Shown piece by piece: positions 18,924 to 27,022 of a stretch of DNA of 64,000 nucleotides (the stretch's first letter is position 1; the number at the start of each line of letters is the position of its first letter). Source of the DNA: Gammaproteobacteria bacterium. GTDB lineage: Bacteria > Pseudomonadota > Gammaproteobacteria > Poriferisulfidales > GCA-002705445. Under the pieces are notes generated by a model. The model had not been told where the DNA came from, searched no databases, and worked only from the letters and a program-made list of their open reading frames with translations. The stretch lies in contig JABGXU010000007.1 in NCBI GenBank assembly GCA_018675635.1, positions 129,366 to 193,365 of the forward strand. Reading direction: 5' to 3'. The translations under genes and the position numbers were made by a program.

Positions 18924-19508
18924 CTAATCTAGCAACTCAAAAGCATTTATAACACTTTCAGAAACATCAACAATACGTTTATTCTTGTCCATAGCCACTT
19001 TACGCAGAGATTGATAAGCATCATCTTCACTGATGTTTTTATGCTTCATTAAAATACCTTTAGCTTTTTCAACTGTTTTACGCTCAGAGAGTTGATTGCG
19101 TGTCGCATCAAGTTCATCTTTTAGCGCTTGGAATTCTCTAAAGCGTGCCATAGCCACATCAATAATTGGCTGCACACGATTCTCTTCTAAACCGTCAACA
19201 ATATAAGCATTGACACCTGATTTAATCGCAGAGCTTGTCATTTCAGAATTAGATTCTTCAGTAAACATTACAATTGGTTTTGGTTTAGTTTTGTTTACTT
19301 CAGTTAGATTTGCAAATACTTCATCATCTGGAATATCAGAATTCACAATTACTACATCCGCATGCGTCATTTCATTACTCTCTCGCAAATTAGCGCTGCT
19401 GTCCATACGACAAATAACTTCATGACCCTTATCCTGCAAGGCACGACGTAACATTGCTGAACGACCAGTATTCTTATCTACTAAGATAATTTTTAATGCT
19501 GTATTCAT
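18924..19508 (-). CDS. nasT: Pseudo-receiver + ANTAR RNA-binding antiterminator (NasT-like)
   Basis: Receiver-like N-terminus with PKPIVMFT and SGVNAYIVDGL; ANTAR ERKTVEKAKGILM...AYQSLRKVAMDKN. Confidence 0.88.
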   Translation of the reverse strand: MNTALKIILVDKNTGRSAMLRRALQDKGHEVICRMDSSANLRESNEMTHADVVIVNSDIPDDEVFANLTEVNKTKPKPIVMFTEESNSEMTSSAIKSGVNAYIVDGLEENRVQPIIDVAMARFREFQALKDELDATRNQLSERKTVEKAKGILMKHKNISEDDAYQSLRKVAMDKNKRIVDVSESVINAFELLD

Positions 19509-19632
19509 AGATGGTAATCTTACCCTTACATTAAATAAAAAACAATTATCTGTAACTACTTACCAGTGTCGTATGTCAGTTAATAAAAGATTATTGGTTA
19601 ATAAAAATGATTTCTTACTTACTTTAGATAGT

Positions 19633-20460
19633 TTAGTAAAACAAAAAATATATTCCCACCCCAATAAAACATATTCCTGGAATTACAGTAATTAATTTTT
19701 GAAAAGTTTTTTCAAATGAACTTGGTGTTAAGATTAGTTTTTCTAAGAGAACGAAAATAGTTAGTATAATTACAAAATATAAATTCATTACACCAGCTAC
19801 TAAAAGAATTGCCATCAAAAACCAACAGCAGAATACACAATAAAAACCATGGTCTAAACCCATTCGTAATGCTCCAAGATTACCATCTCGCCAATTAGAC
19901 ATTACTAACGATAGTGGAGAACGACATTTGTCTAAGCATGCATTTTTGTATGGAGTAAGTTGATAAATTCCAGCTATTATCAAAACTATTCCACTTAGGT
20001 AGTTGTTAATTGATGACATCATTGGATTCATTAAGCTTACTTGATGTAAAGGATATTGAATTACAGAAATTACAATTGAAAATAATACCCATGCTATTAA
20101 GTATCCAAAGTAAAAAATGTATGTTGGGGTATATTGTAAATTATTTTTTTGTTTAGATTTATTTACTGTAGCAAACATTAAGACTGTCGGTATGATGCTC
20201 GGACTCATCATAGCAGTCATCATAATAATCCACATTATAATTAATTGGTAAAAGTCATTAGAACCCCAATTATTATCCACTGGCGGCATCCAATATGTAT
20301 TTGGAAGCCATGTCGCGCTCATAGTATGCATGTTCATTGACATGCTAGACATATTGCTATCCATTGCGAACAAAAAATACCAGCCTGCAATAGAGATTGC
20401 TAAGATTCCAAAAATTACAATATTTTTTTGAATGCGACTTAATTGTTCCTGGCTATTCAT
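19633..20460 (-). CDS. DUF2182-family Met/Cys-rich integral membrane protein
   Basis: MWIIMMTAMMSP, YQLTPYKNACLDKCRSP, YCVFCCWFLM, GVMN motifs. Confidence 0.88.
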   Translation of the reverse strand: MNSQEQLSRIQKNIVIFGILAISIAGWYFLFAMDSNMSSMSMNMHTMSATWLPNTYWMPPVDNNWGSNDFYQLIIMWIIMMTAMMSPSIIPTVLMFATVNKSKQKNNLQYTPTYIFYFGYLIAWVLFSIVISVIQYPLHQVSLMNPMMSSINNYLSGIVLIIAGIYQLTPYKNACLDKCRSPLSLVMSNWRDGNLGALRMGLDHGFYCVFCCWFLMAILLVAGVMNLYFVIILTIFVLLEKLILTPSSFEKTFQKLITVIPGICFIGVGIYFLFY

Positions 20461-20851
20461 AAAATCTCCCTTTTTTATTTTTGAATGATATCGTCACTTT
20501 TCCATGAATTCAATTTATAAAAATAAGATAGTGTTTTACCAAATTTGTAAAATTTAGATTTAAGCTAGATTTTTACGTAATTTGTTAAATAAAGGAAGAA
20601 TTTTACCTATAATATTTTTAGGTTATATTTATAAATAATACTTTAATATTAATTATGTATATGATTTTTATAGAATTTTTAACATAAAGCAAAAAATCTC
20701 TAAGATTCCTTAATTAATTGACTTTTACCGCTAGGAAGGTAAAAATGACTACAACAAAAGGGTTTTAAAAAAATTCCGGGAAAAGTTGTTGTAGTTGCGG
20801 TCTTTATCACAGCTACTGCGATTAACCCTAAAAAAAAATGAGGGGGAAGCA

Positions 20852-21472
20852 ATGTCAGACAAGTGGAGTGTAAAAGGTAATTATTTTGAGTCATGTAACT
20901 GTGACTTAGTTTGTCCATGTATATTTTTAGAGCCACCAACCGAAGGTTTTTGTGAGGCTCAAGTTGGGTGGTCTATAGATGAAGGAAATCTTGACGGAGT
21001 AGATTTAAGCGGCAGAAAAGTTGCTGCATGGTTGCATGCTCCATGTAAAGGCGACACTGGAAACTTAACTGACGGTGGTTGGTCATTAGCTCTGTATGTT
21101 GATGATGGTGCTTCAGATGAACAGTTCAATGCTATATGTGAATTGTGGAGTGGAAATCATGGTGGGCATTTAGCAGTTATTGCTAGTTTAGTTGGAGAAG
21201 TAATAAGTGCTGAAAAAGCACCTATCACAATAGAAGATTCTAGTGAGAAAAAATTACTTACAATTGGCGACGTAGGTCGTAATGAAATGGTAGCAGTAAC
21301 AGGTGCAGATGGTGGTGCTGTTACGGTTAGCAACATGCCTTTGGCAGTTGCTCCTCCATTTGATATACAAGTATTTAAATCTGTTAAGAATACGTATACA
21401 GGAAATGGTAAAAACTTTTCTCAAACTGGAAAGGTTGGTTTGGCATCTCCATTTGCATACGGTCCTAACTAA
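20852..21472 (+). CDS. DUF1326-family Cys-rich protein
   Basis: GNYFESCNCDLVCPC...PTEGFC; start moved to ATG 20852 (GAGGGGG SD). Confidence 0.88.
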   Translation: MSDKWSVKGNYFESCNCDLVCPCIFLEPPTEGFCEAQVGWSIDEGNLDGVDLSGRKVAAWLHAPCKGDTGNLTDGGWSLALYVDDGASDEQFNAICELWSGNHGGHLAVIASLVGEVISAEKAPITIEDSSEKKLLTIGDVGRNEMVAVTGADGGAVTVSNMPLAVAPPFDIQVFKSVKNTYTGNGKNFSQTGKVGLASPFAYGPN

Positions 21473-21476
21473 ATAG

Positions 21477-21497
21477 AATAATAATAATAATAATAAT
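21477..21497. repeat. (AAT)7 microsatellite
   Basis: Read directly between the DUF1326 stop and its terminator. Confidence 0.85.
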
Positions 21498-21514
21498 ATA
21501 TATGTTGAGCTCTT

Positions 21515-21542
21515 AAGGTCGCTTTTGCGGCCTTCGTTTTTT
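21515..21542 (+). terminator. Intrinsic terminator after the DUF1326 gene
   Basis: AAGGTCGC-TTTT-GCGGCCTT then CG and T6. Confidence 0.8.
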
Positions 21543-21572
21543 ATAACAGATTTTATTTTACCTCATATAGAT

Positions 21573-22187
21573 ATGGTTAAAATTACTAGAGAAAATGCAC
21601 TACCTGATAAAGATTCTGAAATTTCAGTGAGCAAATATCATTTGGTTAATAATAGAGAGATAAAAAGTTCTTATCCTGATAATTCGGTAGAAGTATTTTT
21701 TGGTCTTGGTTGTTTCTGGGGAGCTGAAAGATTATTTTGGAATTTGCCATATGTTCATATAACTTCAGTTGGATATGGGGGTGGTTTTACAAGAAACCCT
21801 ACATATCAAGACTTATGCTCAGGTATGACGGGGCACGCAGAATTAGTAAAGGTTGTTTTTATATATCGCGAAGATAATTTTTTAGATTTATTAAAAGTAT
21901 TTTGGGAAAATCATGATCCTACACAAGGTATGCGACAAGGTAATGATATAGGAATTCAGTATCGTTCATGTATATATATAAATGATAATAATCTTTTTAA
22001 AATTGCTAGCGATTCAAAAAATATATATGGAAAAATATTAAAGGAACAGACTGGCAAGATAATAACAACTGAAATTAAATTAAACGAAATATTTTATTAT
22101 GCTGAAGATTACCACCAGCAATATTTAGAAAAAAACCCTTCTGGGTATTGTGGTTTAAGCGGAACGGGGATAAATTTTGTTTTTTAA
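21573..22187 (+). CDS. msrA: Peptide-methionine (S)-sulfoxide reductase
   Basis: GCFWGAE, GHAELV, HDPTQGMRQGND, AEDYHQQY, GYC; start moved to ATG 21573 (track start lies inside the terminator). Confidence 0.96.
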   Translation: MVKITRENALPDKDSEISVSKYHLVNNREIKSSYPDNSVEVFFGLGCFWGAERLFWNLPYVHITSVGYGGGFTRNPTYQDLCSGMTGHAELVKVVFIYREDNFLDLLKVFWENHDPTQGMRQGNDIGIQYRSCIYINDNNLFKIASDSKNIYGKILKEQTGKIITTEIKLNEIFYYAEDYHQQYLEKNPSGYCGLSGTGINFVF

Positions 22188-22190
22188 ATT

Positions 22191-22403
22191 TTATGGAAAC
22201 TTAAAACCATCTTGACTGTCCTCTGATTTTTCTGGCCAGTATGTTTTCTCATTATTTTCATCAATTAGTTTTTCACATTCTTTAATTGCTTTACCATAGG
22301 TCATTTTAGTATCAAATTTTCCTTGATCTATATGATTTAATTTATGTTTCCAAGCAATTATATATCCTTCTTCATCATTCCTTTTTATTAAATTGTCTGT
22401 CAT
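22191..22403 (-). CDS. Hypothetical protein (~70 aa)
   Basis: Protein-like ORF filling the gap; AGGGG SD before ATG 22403. Confidence 0.6.
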   Translation of the reverse strand: MTDNLIKRNDEEGYIIAWKHKLNHIDQGKFDTKMTYGKAIKECEKLIDENNEKTYWPEKSEDSQDGFKFP

Positions 22404-22471
22404 TTTTACCCCTAATTGATATATCATTATACAATTGGTAATTATAAACGGAATTGTAAATCGTATCTAGT

Positions 22472-23071
22472 ATGAATTTAACAAAAGACAGTATTAATAA
22501 AGACCCCATAAAACAGTTTAGTTTATGGTTAGATGATGCTAAAAAATTAGATCTTAAAGATCCTAATGCTATGAACTTGGCGTCATCAACTAAAGATGGT
22601 GTTCCATCATCGCGAATGCTGCTTTTAAAATCATTTGATAAAAAAGGATTTGTGTTTTATACAAATTACGATAGTAGAAAATCAAACGAGATTCTTCAGA
22701 ATCCATTGGTCGCGTTAAACTTTTTTTGGGATGCTTTAGAGCGACAAGTTAGAGTTGAGGGTAAAATAGAGAAAGCAGATAAAGTAATATCTGACAAATA
22801 TTTTAATTCAAGGTCGAGGCTAAGTCAGTTAAGCGCGCATGCTTCTAAACAAAGTCAAGTTATCAAAAATTATGACGAGCTTACTGACAAGTTAAATTCT
22901 TTGGAGGAAAAATTTAAAGACCAAGATATTCCTCGACCGGACCATTGGGGAGGATTTATTGTAATCCCAGAAACTATTGAATTTTGGCAAGGGCATGATG
23001 GAAGACTGCATGATAGGTTAAAATTTAAAAAAGAACATAGCGGTTGGATTATTAATAGATTATCTCCATAA
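22472..23071 (+). CDS. pdxH: Pyridoxine/pyridoxamine 5'-phosphate oxidase
   Basis: PSSRMLLLK, FYTNYDSRK, RQVRVEG, EFWQG..RLHDR, RLSP. Confidence 0.97.
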   Translation: MNLTKDSINKDPIKQFSLWLDDAKKLDLKDPNAMNLASSTKDGVPSSRMLLLKSFDKKGFVFYTNYDSRKSNEILQNPLVALNFFWDALERQVRVEGKIEKADKVISDKYFNSRSRLSQLSAHASKQSQVIKNYDELTDKLNSLEEKFKDQDIPRPDHWGGFIVIPETIEFWQGHDGRLHDRLKFKKEHSGWIINRLSP

Positions 23072-23135
23072 ATTTTTGTTTTTATTTAAAATATTTCCTC
23101 TTTACATATTAATTATACAGTCCTATTATTAATTA

Positions 23136-24995
23136 ATGATAAGAATATACTCATTTATTTTATTATTTTTTGCAAATATAAATTTTGCAAGTGCCGATAT
23201 TTTTAATGACATAAAAAATATTTTGGCTGATAAAAGCATCCCAAGTTGTCAAAACAATAGATATAGTCATAGATGTTCAATTAAGTATGATACTGGAGAC
23301 AAATATGTAGGTGGGTGGGATGGCTCATATCTTACTGGAAAAGGGCATTATAAATGGAAAAGTGGTGAAATATACTCTGGTGAATGGAGACTCACGAAAA
23401 GGCATGGTGAGGGTATTAATTATTATCCAAATGGAGAAATTGCTAGAGGCAAATTTGTAGATGACAAACTGACAGGTTTTGCAACATATATATGGGTGAA
23501 CGGCGATAAGGCGATTGGAAATTTTAAGGATTTTAAATTACATGGTTTTGCAACATACACATTTGCTAATAGTGAACAACAGATCGGATATTATAAAAAT
23601 GGAAAAAGAGAAGGTAAATTTCAAATTATTTCTTCTACAGGAGAAGATTTTATTGGATGGTACGAAAATGATATTTTAGTTAAATCAAATGCTTCATCAG
23701 ATAAAAGCAAAAACTTAAATCAATCATCCGGTTCAACAAATCAGTGTAGCAACAAAGAACACTATGATAATTGTTTTACAAAACATAAATTTGAGAACGG
23801 AGATATTTATGAGGGGTACTGGAAAAAAGATAAAAGAACTGGTCAAGGGAAATACATCTGGGCAAGTGGTGAAACGTATACTGGAGAATTTAAGAATGAC
23901 TCTAGGCATGGCCAAGGCGTAAATATTTGGCCGAATGGAGATAAGTATAGTGGTGAATGGCTAGAAGATATGAAACATGGCCAAGGCACATATACATATA
24001 TATCTGGAGATAAGTATAGTGGTGAATGGATAAAAGATAATATGCACGGACACGGAACATATTATTATATTAACGGCAGTATTTACACTGGAGATAATAA
24101 AAATGATTTGGCAAATGGCTTCGGTAAGTTTACTAAAAAAAGTGGCTTCGAATATATAGGTGAGTTTAAAGATGATAAAATGCATGGTAAAGGAAAAGCC
24201 ACATTCCCTGACGGTACTGTTAAAGAAGGTGTTTTTGAAGATGATATGTTTAAAGGAGAGACAATTACTGACGTCGCAAAAAGGAATAAAAAACATAATG
24301 ACGAAGATAAAAAATTGATACCAATTTCATATGGCTCAGCTTTTTTTATAAATTCAGATGGTTATGCAATTACAAATAATCATGTCATCGATGGTGAATG
24401 CCAAGAAATTCAGGGTTTAACCAAGGAAAAGAAATTCGTTTTTAAAATATTGGCGACTGATGAGCAAAATGATATAGCTATTCTAAAAACTAAAAATAAA
24501 AAAAATGATTATTTCATTAGAATAGAGGATCAATCAAAACTTGGCGAAGATGTTATTGTGGGGGGATTTCCGATATCAGACAGCATTCAAAATCATAATA
24601 TAAAAATTACTAAGGGAATTGTTAGTGCGAAATCAGGTGTAAAAAATAATTTCTCAGAAATTCAGATTGACGCATCAATACAAGGAGGAAACAGTGGTGG
24701 ACCAGTTGTAAATTCTGAAGGAAAGTTGGTGGGTGTAACTACATACAGCATTGTTAGTACTACTGATGACGTAAAATCAGGCAACATAATAACAAATATG
24801 AACTTTGCTAAAAAATCGAGCTTAGTTAAAGAAATGCTCTCAAGTTATGAAATTAAATACAACGAATTCACTTTATGGGAAAGAACACCTGATAATACCA
24901 GTGAAGTAGCAAAGTTATTGTCAAATACAACGTCACAAATATATTGCCTCAATACTGCGCAAAAATGGGAAAAACTATTAAAAAAACAAAAATAA
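23136..24995 (+). CDS. Secreted MORN-repeat protein with C-terminal trypsin-like serine protease
   Basis: Signal peptide; two arrays of 23-aa GDKYxGEW..xx.HG.G repeats; catalytic TNNHV, NDIAIL, GGNSGGP. Confidence 0.88.
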   Translation: MIRIYSFILLFFANINFASADIFNDIKNILADKSIPSCQNNRYSHRCSIKYDTGDKYVGGWDGSYLTGKGHYKWKSGEIYSGEWRLTKRHGEGINYYPNGEIARGKFVDDKLTGFATYIWVNGDKAIGNFKDFKLHGFATYTFANSEQQIGYYKNGKREGKFQIISSTGEDFIGWYENDILVKSNASSDKSKNLNQSSGSTNQCSNKEHYDNCFTKHKFENGDIYEGYWKKDKRTGQGKYIWASGETYTGEFKNDSRHGQGVNIWPNGDKYSGEWLEDMKHGQGTYTYISGDKYSGEWIKDNMHGHGTYYYINGSIYTGDNKNDLANGFGKFTKKSGFEYIGEFKDDKMHGKGKATFPDGTVKEGVFEDDMFKGETITDVAKRNKKHNDEDKKLIPISYGSAFFINSDGYAITNNHVIDGECQEIQGLTKEKKFVFKILATDEQNDIAILKTKNKKNDYFIRIEDQSKLGEDVIVGGFPISDSIQNHNIKITKGIVSAKSGVKNNFSEIQIDASIQGGNSGGPVVNSEGKLVGVTTYSIVSTTDDVKSGNIITNMNFAKKSSLVKEMLSSYEIKYNEFTLWERTPDNTSEVAKLLSNTTSQIYCLNTAQKWEKLLKKQK

Positions 24996-25090
24996 AATTT
25001 TAATTCTTTCTTTAAGATAAAAAATGAAATAAAGTTATAAAAGATTAAAGTCATAAAAAAAAGTAAATCTTACACAAGGAGTATAATCAA

Positions 25091-25438
25091 TTGAGCCAGA
25101 ACCAAAAGTATAAAATATCTAATATAGTAACTGAGAATTATGAACCATTCATGATTGGGGATAAACAAGCTGGAGAAGTTCACTGGTTGGGCACTACTAA
25201 TTCAGATGGTCAGGCAACATATTCAGGCCTATGGCGATGTGAGCCAATGAAGTTTGATTATGAATTCCCTGGTGATGAGTATATTCATGTTTTAGCAGGA
25301 AGTCTGTTAATTGAAACTTCAGCTGGTAATAACTACGAATTAAACAAGGGAGATATAGTTTGTTTTGATAAAGGCATTAAATCAGTATGGACCATAACAA
25401 GTTCTTTTAAAAAGTTTTTTGTAATAGATAATTGTTAA
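25091..25438 (+). CDS. Cupin (DUF861/EutQ-like)
   Basis: GLWRCEP, DEYIHVLAG, GDIVCF..G..SVW..KKFF; TTG start with AAGGAG SD. Confidence 0.8.
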   Translation: MSQNQKYKISNIVTENYEPFMIGDKQAGEVHWLGTTNSDGQATYSGLWRCEPMKFDYEFPGDEYIHVLAGSLLIETSAGNNYELNKGDIVCFDKGIKSVWTITSSFKKFFVIDNC

Positions 25439-25446
25439 TAAATTTA

Positions 25447-26823
25447 TTAGGGATTACTTGCAGGTTTAAATTTATTTAAAATTATAAAGCTTTTTGGATC
25501 ATTCCAATTTTTACTGTCTTCAGTTAGCAAAACAATTTTTCCATCGTTAAGCTCAATAATGTCTCTTATGCGGTGACCAATAGTAATATTTTCTATAGTT
25601 ATGACGTTATAATTATTAAGGTGTAGTCTATACAGTACAGTATTTTGTAGAGTAGAAACTATAAGATCATTTTTCCAGTAATCAAAATGATCTTTTTCTA
25701 TTTGAATAAGATTAGATATTCCTATTGAAGGAACCCAACTCATTATTGGTTTTTCATACCCTGAGTGTGTTCTGTCACTTTTATCAAAAACCCAACGATG
25801 TGCTTTTACATCGTAATTAACACCAAATGTTCTGAGCGGCCATCCATAATTTTTATTTTCTTTGATAATATTAACTTCATCGCCCCCATATGGACCATGT
25901 TCAGTTTCAAAAATTACTTTATCCTTATTTATAAATAAACCCTGTGGATTTCTATGTCCAAGTGAAAATATTTTATTATCTTTATTAAAAATATTAACTT
26001 TTATAACTTTCCCATATGAATTTGACATATCTTGAACTAAATCAGGAGAAGAGAGACCGTTATTTTCTAAATCACCAGTTGTCAATAGTACCGAGTCATT
26101 ATCATACTGCTGTACTTTACCACCTGAGGATATAGTATTATAAACTGCTCCTGGATCTGTTTTACCGCCATGCCTAAATTTTAAGCATGGTGTTGAATCA
26201 AAAATATTTTCCCACTTACTTGTTGTAAAACTATTTTTATCATTGATAACTTCGCTTTTGTATAAAGAGATAGTTTGACAATTATTAGCTATATTAAATT
26301 TAAAAGTGCTAGCTACTATATAGTTTTTTTTGTTATTTTTAAAAACTACAAGGCCTTTTACCGCAAACCCTTGAATTAGTGCTTCATTATCATGCATTTC
26401 GTCGAATTCTTTTTTATTTATGTTTAATGCAGGCGAAGATGTTTTTAGTAGCTGACTATTTTTTGCATCTTTTTCATCTATGTTAAATAGAAATAATTTT
26501 CCAAATGCATCCATAAAAATAAAAGTATCTTTGTAAGCGGCTATAGCTCCGTATCTGTGTGAAGAAGGGAGTTCAAATCTTTTAGCTTCTATTGAATTAT
26601 GAGCACTATGTATTGTTGAGGTTTCTATGTATTGAGGATAAGATTTTAATATTGATAGATCAATTTCATATTTTTGAGATGAATTATGACTTCCTCCGGG
26701 AATAATACTAGAAACAAAATTTATACAATACGTATTACCTATACAGCTTTTATAGGCATAATATGTTGATATTATTCCTAGCAGTACTATTACAATAATT
26801 TTTTTTTTGTGATTCTTAAACAT
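25447..26823 (-). CDS. PQQ-dependent sugar dehydrogenase family (GSDH beta-propeller), N-terminally anchored
   Basis: SLGHRNPQGL, TEHGPYGGDEVN, NYGWP, WVPSIGIS, RIRDI. Confidence 0.88.
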   Translation of the reverse strand: MFKNHKKKIIVIVLLGIISTYYAYKSCIGNTYCINFVSSIIPGGSHNSSQKYEIDLSILKSYPQYIETSTIHSAHNSIEAKRFELPSSHRYGAIAAYKDTFIFMDAFGKLFLFNIDEKDAKNSQLLKTSSPALNINKKEFDEMHDNEALIQGFAVKGLVVFKNNKKNYIVASTFKFNIANNCQTISLYKSEVINDKNSFTTSKWENIFDSTPCLKFRHGGKTDPGAVYNTISSGGKVQQYDNDSVLLTTGDLENNGLSSPDLVQDMSNSYGKVIKVNIFNKDNKIFSLGHRNPQGLFINKDKVIFETEHGPYGGDEVNIIKENKNYGWPLRTFGVNYDVKAHRWVFDKSDRTHSGYEKPIMSWVPSIGISNLIQIEKDHFDYWKNDLIVSTLQNTVLYRLHLNNYNVITIENITIGHRIRDIIELNDGKIVLLTEDSKNWNDPKSFIILNKFKPASNP

Positions 26824-27022
26824 AAATGTATTTTAAAATGCATATTGCATTCTCATTTGAATGCTGTTTTTATTAGATTGATTATTTTCAAAATATTCGT
26901 TACTTAAATCAATTTTGACATAATTTACCATAAATTTTATGCTTTTGTTAAGGTGCTAGTTTACGCCAAAGACAAAATTATCTTACCATATTGTGTGCGA
27001 ATATTAAAAGCTGTGACAGCAA

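Noticed and set aside
20753..20764. AAC-AAAAGG-GTT as a possible ANTAR hairpin
   Set aside because: Loop position 4 is A rather than G and there is no partner hexaloop hairpin.
20700..20939. 79-aa minus-strand ORF over the DUF1326 leader
   Set aside because: Antisense to the DUF1326 5' end, no SD or motif.
26836..26860. Fur-box-like AATGAGAAT half-site and AATGCATATTGCATT inverted repeat upstream of the PQQ dehydrogenase
   Set aside because: Only half the Fur consensus matches in very AT-rich DNA.
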